A stretch of DNA of 64,000 bases, from assembly GCA_036397755.1 (NCBI GenBank), contig DASWII010000072.1:34883-98882 (forward strand). Direction: 5' to 3'. The DNA comes from Gemmatimonadales bacterium. Its GTDB lineage: Bacteria; Gemmatimonadota; Gemmatimonadetes; Gemmatimonadales; GWC2-71-9. The first letter of the stretch is position 1, and each line of letters starts with the position of its first letter. Shown here one piece after another: positions 55,297 to 64,000 of the stretch. Position numbers and translations under genes: made by a program. Below the pieces are notes generated by a model that worked only from the letters and a program-made list of their open reading frames with translations, made no database searches and was not told the DNA's origin.

Positions 55297-55938
55297 GTGC
55301 CCGTCATCACCGTCTCTCGGCAATACGCCTCGGGTGGTTCCGCCATCGCGGCGCTGGTTTCGGAGCGTCTGGCCTGGCCGGTGATCGACAACGACTTCGT
55401 CGACCGGGTTGCCCAACGTGCCGGGCTCTCGACGCAGGAAGTGGAGTCCCAGGAGGAACGCGTACCCTCCCTGATGGAGCGCCTGGCCGGCGCGCTCGCC
55501 ATCTCGTCGCCCGAGGTATTCGTCTCGACGGGCGAAGGCCTCGACGCGCGCCTGGGCAACGAGGAGCGGATGGTGCGGGCGACGGAGGCGGTCATCACGC
55601 AGGCGACCCAGGAAGGCAACCTGATCATTGTCGGGCGTGGTGCGCAGGCGCACCTGGCCGAGCGCGACGACGCACTGCACGTATTCATCGTCGGGCCCCG
55701 CGAGCACCGCATTCGAGCGGCCATGGAGCGACTCGGCATGACCGAGGCCCAGGCGACGGAGGCGGTCGACCGCGCGGATGAGGGGCGACGGCGCTACGTG
55801 AAGACGTACTACGACCGGCACTGGGAAGACGCGGACAACTATCACTTGGTGCTCAATACGGGCGTGTTCAGTTGCGAACAATGTGCCGACCTCATCGTGA
55901 CCGGCGTCCGACTGCGGGGATGGGCATCTCACCTTTGA
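55297..55938 (+). CDS. cytidylate kinase-like family protein
   Basis: The start VPVITVSRQYASGGSAIAALVSERLAWPVIDND is the typical N-terminus of the cytidylate-kinase-like (AAA_28/Cytidylate_kin2) family. Confidence 0.8.
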   Translation: MPVITVSRQYASGGSAIAALVSERLAWPVIDNDFVDRVAQRAGLSTQEVESQEERVPSLMERLAGALAISSPEVFVSTGEGLDARLGNEERMVRATEAVITQATQEGNLIIVGRGAQAHLAERDDALHVFIVGPREHRIRAAMERLGMTEAQATEAVDRADEGRRRYVKTYYDRHWEDADNYHLVLNTGVFSCEQCADLIVTGVRLRGWASHL

Positions 55939-55953
55939 GATCGACGCGCACAC

Positions 55954-56457
55954 ATGGCTTCACAAGCATCCTTCGACGTTTCGACGGGCGCCGACCTGCA
56001 AGAGGTCGACAACGCGCTCAACCAAGCCCGCAAAGAAGTGCAGCAGCGATATGACTTCAAAGGCAGTCACTGCCAGATCGAGTTCGACCGAGCCAAGGCG
56101 GTGATCAAGCTCGAGGCGGACGATGAGTTCCGCATGAACGCGCTGTGGGACGTGATTCAGACCAAGCTGGTGCGCCGCAAGGTTCCCACGAAGAACGTCG
56201 TTGCCGGCGCCATCGAGCCGGCCGCGGGCAGCAAGGTGCGCCGAGAGGTCACCCTCACGCAGGGAATCCCGACCGAAACGGCCAAGGCCATCGTCAAGGA
56301 CATCAAGGCGCAGGGATTCAAGAAGGTGCAGGCCGCGATTCAGGGCGATGAGCTGCGCGTGTCCAGTCCGTCCAAAGATGCCTTGCAGGAGGTGATGCAG
56401 TTCCTGCGCGGTCAGGATTACGGCATCGAGTTGACGTTCGGCAACTACCGGAGCTAG
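55954..56457 (+). CDS. yajQ: YajQ-family nucleotide (c-di-GMP)-binding protein
   Basis: MASQASFDVSTGADLQEVDNALNQARKEVQQRYDFKGS is the highly conserved YajQ/UPF0234 N-terminus. The length of 167 aa also fits. Confidence 0.9.
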   Translation: MASQASFDVSTGADLQEVDNALNQARKEVQQRYDFKGSHCQIEFDRAKAVIKLEADDEFRMNALWDVIQTKLVRRKVPTKNVVAGAIEPAAGSKVRREVTLTQGIPTETAKAIVKDIKAQGFKKVQAAIQGDELRVSSPSKDALQEVMQFLRGQDYGIELTFGNYRS

Positions 56458-56565
56458 GTGGCCTGTCCCAGTAGTTCTTTGCAGATCACAGGGCCCGGCG
56501 CGTCCCTTCGGTCGCTGCCCGACACGACCTTCCCTCGTGGACCTCGCCTACCGGAGTGATTCCTC

Positions 56566-57312
56566 GTGACGTTGACCCAACGGCAACTCGACCAGTGCTC
56601 GCAGAGCACATGGGACTTCAGCGACCTGAAGGCGCTCTTCCTGAACTGCACGCTCAAAAAGACGCCTGAGCTGTCGCATACCGAGGGGCTCATCGCGATC
56701 TCCCGCGCGATCATGGAGAAGAACGGGGTGACCGTCGATCTCGTGCGACCCGTTGACCACCACTTGGCCCACGGCGTCTACCCCGACATGACGGAGCGGG
56801 GTTGGGAGCGCGACGACTGGCCGCAACTCTATGCGAAGGTCAGGGCCGCGGACATTCTGGTGATCGGATCGCCGATCTGGCTGGGAGAAAAGTCTTCAGT
56901 CTGCACCCAGGTGGTCGAGCGGCTCTACTCCACGTCAGGCGACCTCAACGAGCACGGTCAATACGCCTACTATGGGCGGGTCGGTGGCTGCCTCATCACC
57001 GGGAACGAGGACGGCGCCAAACACTGTTCGATGAACATCCTCTACTCGCTGCAGCACCTGGGATACGTGATCCCGCCGCAGGCCGACGCCGCATGGCTGG
57101 GCGAAGCAGGCCCCGGGCCAAGCTATCTCGATCCGGGGTCGGGCGGACCGGAGAACGATTTCACGAACCGCAATACGACGTTCATGACGTGGAACCTGCT
57201 GCACATGGCCCGCATGATCAAAGACGCGGGCGGCATTCCCGCACACGGGAATCAACGATCCGAGTGGGACGCGGGGTGCCGGTTCGACTATCCGAATCCG
57301 GAGTACCGATAG
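56566..57312 (+). CDS. flavodoxin-like NAD(P)H-dependent FMN oxidoreductase family protein
   Basis: LKALFLNCTLKKTPELSHT and ADILVIGSPIWLGEKSS motifs are typical of the flavodoxin_2/FMN_red fold. Confidence 0.8.
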   Translation: MTLTQRQLDQCSQSTWDFSDLKALFLNCTLKKTPELSHTEGLIAISRAIMEKNGVTVDLVRPVDHHLAHGVYPDMTERGWERDDWPQLYAKVRAADILVIGSPIWLGEKSSVCTQVVERLYSTSGDLNEHGQYAYYGRVGGCLITGNEDGAKHCSMNILYSLQHLGYVIPPQADAAWLGEAGPGPSYLDPGSGGPENDFTNRNTTFMTWNLLHMARMIKDAGGIPAHGNQRSEWDAGCRFDYPNPEYR

Positions 57313-57344
57313 AGGCGGGCAGGCGGGCAGGCGGGCAGGCGGGC
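57313..57344 (+). repeat. perfect tandem octamer (AGGCGGGC)x4
   Basis: Four exact copies start immediately after the TAG at 57310-57312. They give four GGG tracts separated by 5-nt loops. Confidence 0.95.
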
Positions 57345-57430
57345 GGACAGAAAGCGCACAGTACAGAGCGCAGAGCGCAACGGTCGGTTTGCCGACCTCC
57401 GCCGAGCGGAAACAGCCAGGTAGGCGAGGA

Positions 57431-58705
57431 TCAGGTGGTCAGGCGGAGATCGCGCCGCAGCATCGTTCGCACCCCCAGCAGCACCGTCACCGTGCCGCCC
57501 GTCAGAAACGCGGTCATGACGCCGAGGTGCTCCGCGATGAACCCTGCCTGCAGCGCCCCGAACGGCGTCATCCCGCCGAAGGCCACCGTGAAGATCGACA
57601 CCACGCGCCCGCGCAGTTCATCGGGCGCGATGGTCTGCAACAGCGAGTTGGTGGTCGCCGTGGTCACGATCATAGCGAGCCCCGCCAGCACCAGCAGCAC
57701 CAGCATCACGCCGAGCGTGCGGGACAGCCCCAGCAGAACCGCGAGGATCCCGAACGTCGCCGTCGCGAGCCCCAGTACGCGGCCCTTCGGTATGCGTCGC
57801 GCATACGCGGCCAGCACCAGCGCGCTCACCACCGCGCCCGCACCGACGGCGGATACCATCCACCCGTAGGCCTGCGCCCCACCCCCCAGCACGTTTCTGG
57901 CGACGACGGGAAGGAGCACCAAGCTCGGGAACCCGAAGATGCTGACGCCGGCCAGGTTCAGCACGATCGCGCGGACGCGCGGTTCCTCGGCGACGTAGGC
58001 CAACCCTTCGCGGATGCGGACCCAGGCCGGGGGGCCCGGCAGCGGAGCGGCACGCGACGGAATCGTCATGGCAAAGAGCGCCGCCACCACCGCCAGATAG
58101 GTGACGCCGTTGATGAGAAAACACATGCCCACCCCGAGCACCACGATCACCACGCCACCGATGGCGGGTCCCACCACGCGGCTCGCGTTGAACGCCGACG
58201 AGTTGAGTGCGATCGCGTTCAAGAGGTCGTCCTTGCCCACCAGCTCCACGAAGAAGCTTTGGCGGGCCGGGATATCGAACGCCGTGACGACACCCAGCAG
58301 CGTGGCGACGCCGACCACCTGCCACAACTGCACGACACCGGCGAGGACGAGTACCGCGAGGATGAGCGAGAGTGCCATGGCCGCGATCTGCGTCGCAATC
58401 ACCATCCGGTAGCGGGAGATCCGATCGGCCAATGCACCTGCGTACAGCGAGAAGAACAGGATCGGCATCGAACCGAGCGCGTCCACCGCGCCCACCCACA
58501 AGGCTGAATCGGTAAGCTCCAGCACCAACCACTGCTGACCGACTCGGTGCATCCAGATCCCGACCAGCGAGACGATGTACCCCGAGAAGAAGATCCGAAA
58601 ATTGCGGTGTCCCATCGCCGGGAACGCGCGCGGGCGCCGCGGCGCGACACGCGGAGCAGGGTGGCTCCTTTGGGGGCTCGGCGCGGCTGGACCCTCGGGG
58701 TTCAT
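57431..58705 (-). CDS. MFS transporter (EntS/MFS_3-like)
   Basis: The product has 12 predicted hydrophobic helices. FRIFFSGYIVSLVGIWM near the N-terminus is typical of MFS_3. ATG at 58615 is an alternative start. Confidence 0.85.
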   Translation of the reverse strand: MNPEGPAAPSPQRSHPAPRVAPRRPRAFPAMGHRNFRIFFSGYIVSLVGIWMHRVGQQWLVLELTDSALWVGAVDALGSMPILFFSLYAGALADRISRYRMVIATQIAAMALSLILAVLVLAGVVQLWQVVGVATLLGVVTAFDIPARQSFFVELVGKDDLLNAIALNSSAFNASRVVGPAIGGVVIVVLGVGMCFLINGVTYLAVVAALFAMTIPSRAAPLPGPPAWVRIREGLAYVAEEPRVRAIVLNLAGVSIFGFPSLVLLPVVARNVLGGGAQAYGWMVSAVGAGAVVSALVLAAYARRIPKGRVLGLATATFGILAVLLGLSRTLGVMLVLLVLAGLAMIVTTATTNSLLQTIAPDELRGRVVSIFTVAFGGMTPFGALQAGFIAEHLGVMTAFLTGGTVTVLLGVRTMLRRDLRLTT

Positions 58706-58799
58706 GAGTTACACGGTAACACGCGTCGCAATCCCTCCGGCATGCTTCGCGCGCGATTATTGCGGGAACTTCACTCCGCCCCCAGCTTTCCACACCGGT

Positions 58800-60125
58800 A
58801 TGCGCTACGCCACCTACTCCCGCTATATCCCGCAACTCCTCGACGCGGTCAACCTCGAGGACTTGCTCGACCAACTCAGCGATTTCCTGCTGCAGTCAGG
58901 CTTCGCGGGCGGGCCGTTCCATCATCCGTATTGGGGCGAGTTCGGCGAGAGCGAGGGCGACCGGTCTCTCGAGGCGCTCAAGCAGGCGATCATCCAGGCG
59001 CTGGCCGACTCCGGTAAGCTCACACCTGAAATGCTCAAGGTGCTGCGAGGCGACTCCAGCGGAGACGAGCAGCGCGATGCGGAGCTCCAGCGGCAACTCG
59101 CCGACCTCATCGATGAGATCGTCAAGCGACTGGTCGAGGAGGGATACCTCAACACCCCGCAGGCCCCTCAAATGCCCGGCGGCCATGAGCAGGCGTTCGG
59201 GCCCGACGGCCAGGCGCGGAGCGCCGCGCAGCAGGTGAGCTTCAACCTCACGGAGAAGGGTCTCGATTTTCTCGGGCACCGCGCCCTCCGGCACCTCCTA
59301 GGCAGCACGGGCCGGTCCAGCTTCGGGGAGCACGAAACGGAGCACCTAGCCACCGGCGTGGAAGTCGAGGCGGGATCCAAGCCGTACGAGTTCGGGGACA
59401 CGCTCAACCTCGACGTTCCGGAAACCTTGAAAAACGCGCTCAGGCGTGCCGCCGATCCGACCCCGGCCATCGACTACACGCCGGAGCCCGCGTTCGATCT
59501 CGACTACCCCGACTTGATGGTCCACCAGAGCGAGTACCGATCGAGTGCAGCCACCGTGCTGATGCTGGACTGCTCGCACTCGATGATCCTGTACGGCGAG
59601 GATCGGTTCACGCCGGCCAAGAAAGTGGCGCTCGCCCTCTCACACCTGATCCGCACCCAGTTTGCCGGTGACACGATCCGCTGTGTCCTGTTCCACGACT
59701 CGGCCGAGGAGCTGCCGCTCGCGAAGCTCGCCGAGGCGCAGGTGGGACCGTACCACACCAACACCGCCCAGGGGCTCAAGCTCGCGCGCCGCATTCTGCT
59801 CTCGCAGCGGAAGGACATGCGGCAGATCATCATGATCACCGACGGCAAGCCGTCGGCCCTCACGCTGCCGGACGGGCAGATCTATGTGAACTCGATGGGG
59901 CTGGACCCCCACATCCTGCAGGAGACCTACCGGGAGGTGGCGATCTGCCGCCGGGCCGGGATCGTCATCAACACGTTCATGCTGGCGCGCGAGCGGATGC
60001 TCGTCGAGTTCGTGAAGCGGGTGTGCGAGATCTCCCGCGGTAAGGCCTATTTCACGAACACGATGACGCTCGGGCAGTACATCCTGATGGATTTCATGCG
60101 GCGGAAGACGCGACGGGTGAGGTGA
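58800..60125 (+). CDS. vWA domain protein (putative partner of the BchI-like ATPase)
   Basis: ATG at 58800 ([11 protein letters not shown]...). The C-terminal vWA/MIDAS region reads [10 protein letters not shown]...[11 protein letters not shown]...[11 protein letters not shown]. Confidence 0.8.
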   Translation: MRYATYSRYIPQLLDAVNLEDLLDQLSDFLLQSGFAGGPFHHPYWGEFGESEGDRSLEALKQAIIQALADSGKLTPEMLKVLRGDSSGDEQRDAELQRQLADLIDEIVKRLVEEGYLNTPQAPQMPGGHEQAFGPDGQARSAAQQVSFNLTEKGLDFLGHRALRHLLGSTGRSSFGEHETEHLATGVEVEAGSKPYEFGDTLNLDVPETLKNALRRAADPTPAIDYTPEPAFDLDYPDLMVHQSEYRSSAATVLMLDCSHSMILYGEDRFTPAKKVALALSHLIRTQFAGDTIRCVLFHDSAEELPLAKLAEAQVGPYHTNTAQGLKLARRILLSQRKDMRQIIMITDGKPSALTLPDGQIYVNSMGLDPHILQETYREVAICRRAGIVINTFMLARERMLVEFVKRVCEISRGKAYFTNTMTLGQYILMDFMRRKTRRVR

Positions 60126-60136
60126 GAGGCGAAGCC

Positions 60137-60592
60137 CTATCCGTACACCTTGGGCACCGCCAATCCCGCCTGCCGCATCAAGACGATCATCTGGCCGCGA
60201 TGGTGAATCTCGTGAAACAGCGTGACGGCGAGGACCACCCCCCGCGGCACGCGCATACCGTAGAACTCGACTGTCTCGCGCAGCCCGTCGTCGGTCCACG
60301 TGGTGCGCACCGCCGTCGCCACCGCGCTGGATGACGCGGCGTGCGTGCGGCGAACCCCCTCGAGGCTCGCCGGCATCGGATCCTCCTTCGTTGGGCCGTC
60401 GACCTCGAGCCCCACTGTCGCCAGGATCACCTTGGGCGAGACGACCACGTGCCAGGCAAGCTCCCCCAGGGTCCGGTGGCCCTCCGCCACCCGCTGGCCG
60501 AGCGATGCCTCGGTGAGGGCCGCGAGCACCTTGGCGGTGCTGCCCGCCTCGTGGGCCCACGTCCGCTCGAAATGCAGAACCTCGGTGAACAT
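60137..60592 (-). CDS. DinB-family (DinB_2/YfiT-like) protein
   Basis: ATG at 60592 is preceded by AAGGACGGAG. The product is a 151-aa four-helix pattern with a His triad (HVVVSP..., HEIHHRGQ). The track ORF to 61627 is an extension antisense to kgd. Confidence 0.85.
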   Translation of the reverse strand: MFTEVLHFERTWAHEAGSTAKVLAALTEASLGQRVAEGHRTLGELAWHVVVSPKVILATVGLEVDGPTKEDPMPASLEGVRRTHAASSSAVATAVRTTWTDDGLRETVEFYGMRVPRGVVLAVTLFHEIHHRGQMIVLMRQAGLAVPKVYG

Positions 60593-60739
60593 CGGCTCCG
60601 TCCTTTCGTCGGTCTGTTGAGGCTCCGGCGAAAGCGTGTAGCTTTCGACCACTTCACGGGGCGGCTCCATGCGGGGGGGCCGTCCCGTCACTACCAAGAT
60701 ACCTGGCGCGGAAGCGCGGTTCGGGAGTCGATCCCCTCG

Positions 60740-63700
60740 GTGTTCGACAGTGTATTCGAGACGGTGAACTCGGGGTTCGCGCAGGCCCTCTATGAGGACT
60801 TTCGCCGCGATCCCTCGTCTGTACCGCCCGAGTGGCGGGCGCTCTTCGAGCGCGGGCTCAAGGGCGAGGAGCCAACGCCAACCGGTGCACCGCCGTCGAC
60901 GTCCGACGCCTCCGCAGCTCGCGCGGACGTCGCCGAGGTGGACATGGATGCTGCCACCCCCGATGCCACGGAGATCAAGGGCCCAGCGCTGCGGCTCCTC
61001 AAGAACATGGAGGACTCGCTCGGCATCCCCACGGCAACGTCGTTCCGTGACATCGATGTCTCCCGACTGTGGGCGGTGCGCCTCGAATGCAACCGGCAGC
61101 TCAAGGCGGCCGGCACCAAACTGAGCTTCACACACGTTATCGGATGGGCGCTGGTCAAGGCGGCCGCCCGATTCCCTGTGATGACGCACGCGGTCCACGC
61201 GGAGGGCGGGAGCTATCGTCGCGTCGATCCGCGGGGAGTCCATCTCGGCCTCGCCGTGGACACCGTCGGCAAGGACGGCACCCGGCGCCTGTTGGTGCCG
61301 GTCATCAAGGGCGCCGGGGCGATGGCCTTCGGGCAATTCTACGATGAGTACGAACGTCTCGTGACTGGCGCCCGCGACAATAAGCTCATGCCCGATGCCT
61401 ACACCGGCGGGACGATGACGCTCACCAACCCCGGCACGATTGGAACCGTGGCGTCGGTGCCGCGCTTGATGAAGGGCCAGGGCTCGATTATCGCCACCGG
61501 CGCGATTCGGGATGTCGCCGGGCGCCGAGTCATGACGATGACCAGCACCTACGACCATCGGATCATCCAGGGCGCCGAGTCCGGGATGTTCCTCCAGAAA
61601 GTCGATCAACTGCTGCAAGGCGACCACGACTTTTTCCGCGAGATCGCCGGGGCGCTGGAGCTCGCCTGGCCGGCGATCGAAGCGGCGGCTTCCTCGGCGA
61701 CCGTTCCCGCCCTTCCCACGCCGATCGCCGCCGCGCTGCCCGCGGAATCCGACGCGGGATTCCTATATCACGTGGCGGCCGCGATGTCGGTGGTCAAGCA
61801 TCACCGCACGCATGGCTACCTCGCGGCGCATCTGGATCCCCTGGGTGCGCCACCGCGCGGTGATCCGGCCCTCGAACCTGTGGCGGTAGGACTCACCCCC
61901 GAGATCATGCGGCGGATTCCGGCGGGCGTGCTGCGGACGTACGTGGGCGGCGAGACGATGGAGGGCGTGCTGCCGCGGCTCCGCGAAACCTATTGCGGAA
62001 CGATCGCCTACGAGATCGAGCATATCGCGCCGCATGAGGAGCGCGTGTGGTTGCGGCGCGTGATCGAGTCGGGCGAGCACCGCTATCCGCTCACCGACGA
62101 CGAGAAGCGGCATCTGCTCCGAGATCTGTCGCGTGTCGAGACGCTGGAGCAGTTCCTGCACACGAACTACCTCGGACACAAGCGCTTCGGGATCGAGGGC
62201 CTCGATATGCTGGTGCCGATGCTCCACCTGGCGCTCGACCTCGCGGCCGACCAGGGTGCGGAGCAGGCCGTCATGGGCATGGCGCACCGTGGACGGCTCA
62301 ACGTCCTCACGCACATCCTTGCGGTGCCCTACGACACCCTGCTGGCTGAATTCGAAGGGGGTCGAGAGGTGGAAGAGACCCTCGCCCCGCGTGGGGGCAC
62401 GGGCGACGTGAAATACCACCACGGGGCCGCGGGCATGTTCACGTCCTGGTCGGGGCGCGAGATCCGGGTCACCCTCATGCCTAATCCGAGTCACCTGGAG
62501 GCCGTCGACCCCGTCGTGCTGGGAAGCGCCCGCGCCCGGCAGAGCGATCGTTCGTCCGCCGTGCTCAGGCATGACCCGACCACGGTGCTGCCGATCCTCA
62601 TCCACGGGGACGCGGCGTTCGCTGGGCAGGGCGTCGTCGCCGAAACGCTGAACCTGGCGCGACTGGATGGCTACGCCACGGGCGGCACGCTGCACATCAT
62701 CTCGAACAATCAGGTGGGCTTCACCACGGATCCACGCGAGGCGAGGTCAACGGACTTCGCGAGCGACCTCGCCAAGGGGTTCGATGTGCCGATCGTCCAC
62801 GTCAATGCCGACGACCCCGAGGCATGCCTCGCGGCGGTCCGGCTGGCGATGATGCACCGAGCCAAGTTCCGGGGGGACGTGGTCATCAACCTGGTCGGCT
62901 ACCGACGGCACGGCCACAACGAAGGCGACGAGCCGCGATACACGCAACCCGTGATGTATCAACGCATTGACAGCCACCCGACGGTGCGGACGCTGTACGC
63001 CGACAAACTGCAGGCACAAGGCGTTGTCGACGCCGCCGCCGCCGGCGCGGAGACCGCGGACGTCTACGAGGAGCTCACCCGCGTCCAATCGCGCTTGCGG
63101 GCGCATGTCGCGACGCACGAGGACGAAGGCGAGGAACCGGTACGGATATCCGGGCTGTGGACCTCGGTGGCCGAGCCGGTCACGGCGGTCCCCGCGGATC
63201 ATCTCGCTGAACTGAACGAGGCGCTGCTCGCAACGCCGGCGAGCTTCCACGTGAACCGCAAGTTGCGGCGCGTCCTCGAACGGCGCGCCGAAGCCTTCGG
63301 TACGGGAGCCGGTATCGATTGGGCACACGCTGAGGCGCTGGCGCTGGGCAGCCTCCTCACGCAAGGCGTGCCGGTTCGGCTCGTCGGCCAGGACACCCCG
63401 CGGGGGACCTTCAGCCAGCGGCACCTCACGCTGTTCGACGCCGAAACGGGCGACGCCCACACCCCGATCAAACAGCTGCCGGGGGCAACGGTCCCGCTGG
63501 AGCTGCACAACACTCCCCTGTCCGAGTACGCGGCGCTCGGGTTCGAGTACGGCTACAGCACCGCCGTGCCCGACGCGCTCGTCGTGTGGGAGGCGCAGTT
63601 CGGCGATTTCGTGAACGGCGCCGAGATCATCATCGATCAATTCATCATTGCCGGGCTCGCGAAGTGGGGCCAGCTGGCAAGACTCACGATGCTCCTGCCG

Positions 63701-64000
63701 CACGGGTACGAGGGACAGGGGCCCGAACATTCGAGCGCGCGCATCGAGCGCTATCTGGCCCTCGGCGCGGAGGGCAACATCCGCGTGGCGAACTGCTCGA
63801 CTCCGGCGCAGTACTTCCATCTACTGAGGCGGCAGGCGCTCCACGGGGAGGCTCGTCCACTCATTGTGATGACACCGAAGAGTCTCCTGCGACACCCGCA
63901 GGCCACCTCCGCGGCTGCCGACCTGTCGGCCGGCGCGTTCGCCCACGTGATCGAGGATCCCGCCCTGCGGGGACCGGGCGATGGCGTGACGCGCCTCGTG
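60740..64000 (+). CDS. sucA: 2-oxoglutarate dehydrogenase E1 component, Kgd/OdhA type with an N-terminal E2-like acyltransferase domain; 3'-truncated by window edge
   Basis: The frame is open for 1087 codons from GTG at 60740 to the window end, and it is not in the ORF track. Motifs include NSGFAQALYEDFRRDP, TSTYDHRIIQGAESG (E2 catalytic), GDVKYHHG, SHLEAVDPV, IHGDAAFAGQGVV, NNQVGFTT, YRRHGHNEGDEP, EAQFGDFVNGA and LLPHGYEGQGPEHSSAR. Confidence 0.9.
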   Translation, partial: MFDSVFETVNSGFAQALYEDFRRDPSSVPPEWRALFERGLKGEEPTPTGAPPSTSDASAARADVAEVDMDAATPDATEIKGPALRLLKNMEDSLGIPTATSFRDIDVSRLWAVRLECNRQLKAAGTKLSFTHVIGWALVKAAARFPVMTHAVHAEGGSYRRVDPRGVHLGLAVDTVGKDGTRRLLVPVIKGAGAMAFGQFYDEYERLVTGARDNKLMPDAYTGGTMTLTNPGTIGTVASVPRLMKGQGSIIATGAIRDVAGRRVMTMTSTYDHRIIQGAESGMFLQKVDQLLQGDHDFFREIAGALELAWPAIEAAASSATVPALPTPIAAALPAESDAGFLYHVAAAMSVVKHHRTHGYLAAHLDPLGAPPRGDPALEPVAVGLTPEIMRRIPAGVLRTYVGGETMEGVLPRLRETYCGTIAYEIEHIAPHEERVWLRRVIESGEHRYPLTDDEKRHLLRDLSRVETLEQFLHTNYLGHKRFGIEGLDMLVPMLHLALDLAADQGAEQAVMGMAHRGRLNVLTHILAVPYDTLLAEFEGGREVEETLAPRGGTGDVKYHHGAAGMFTSWSGREIRVTLMPNPSHLEAVDPVVLGSARARQSDRSSAVLRHDPTTVLPILIHGDAAFAGQGVVAETLNLARLDGYATGGTLHIISNNQVGFTTDPREARSTDFASDLAKGFDVPIVHVNADDPEACLAAVRLAMMHRAKFRGDVVINLVGYRRHGHNEGDEPRYTQPVMYQRIDSHPTVRTLYADKLQAQGVVDAAAAGAETADVYEELTRVQSRLRAHVATHEDEGEEPVRISGLWTSVAEPVTAVPADHLAELNEALLATPASFHVNRKLRRVLERRAEAFGTGAGIDWAHAEALALGSLLTQGVPVRLVGQDTPRGTFSQRHLTLFDAETGDAHTPIKQLPGATVPLELHNTPLSEYAALGFEYGYSTAVPDALVVWEAQFGDFVNGAEIIIDQFIIAGLAKWGQLARLTMLLPHGYEGQGPEHSSARIERYLALGAEGNIRVANCSTPAQYFHLLRRQALHGEARPLIVMTPKSLLRHPQATSAAADLSAGAFAHVIEDPALRGPGDGVTRLV

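Noticed and set aside
60593-61627. Upstream extension of the DinB-family ORF (track 60137-61627).
   Set aside because: It runs antisense to the well-supported kgd/sucA gene. DinB-like sequence and a good RBS start at ATG 60592.

Overview
High-GC (about 67-68% by eye) bacterial chromosomal segment with diderm-type gene content (TamA/TamB pair, Lgt, lipoproteins). I cannot assign a taxon from sequence alone. I call about 55 protein-coding genes, tightly packed, many with 4-nt ATGA/GTGA stop-start overlaps. I found no rRNA, tRNA, CRISPR array, IS element or prophage. Gene order: (1) an 11.3 kb plus-strand chain queA-tgt-yajC-def-fmt-thiE-thiS-thiG-rsmB-PASTA protein-rpe-tlpA-like-ybbR-like-tsaD-lgt; (2) a minus-strand block of Omp85(TamA-like)-tamB-small Cys-rich protein-S58 peptidase-HAD-hypothetical-acpS-cytochrome c/FTR1 fusion-Hanks kinase; (3) dacB, FprA-type reductase, PduO-type adenosyltransferase, phzF-like, aroB; (4) an A+T-rich promoter island, a sigma-70-family gene and a clear terminator; (5) glcDEF-ygfZ-NRAMP-like; (6) a large Zn-metalloprotease and a DUF4440-like gene; (7) M20 amidohydrolase, fdhD, a NuoE/F-like subunit and a formate dehydrogenase alpha subunit; (8) an accessory-looking regulatory patch at 47.2-51.4 kb; (9) a Tat-exported protein, BchI-like ATPase, cytidylate-kinase-like protein, yajQ, flavodoxin-like protein, MFS, vWA and DinB genes; (10) a Kgd/OdhA-type 2-oxoglutarate dehydrogenase E1 running off the window. 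Three points correct the supplied ORF track. The formate dehydrogenase alpha subunit is split by an in-frame TGA that has a SECIS-like hairpin and is best read as selenocysteine. The roughly 3.3 kb kgd/sucA gene is missing because it has no stop inside the window. A 54-codon lipoprotein-type ORF with a strong RBS falls below the track's size cutoff. The most unusual region is 47.8-51.4 kb. It holds TPR protein, receiver-like AraC regulator and HD-GYP genes on the minus strand, interleaved with two short plus-strand genes (the small lipoprotein precursor and a zf-UBP protein). Two near-identical 41-nt elements, each containing 21-bp-spaced direct repeats, sit in the two divergent intergenic regions. 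Its function is unknown, and all functional interpretation of it here is inference. Most other long ORFs in the track are antisense or out-of-frame shadows typical of high-GC DNA.
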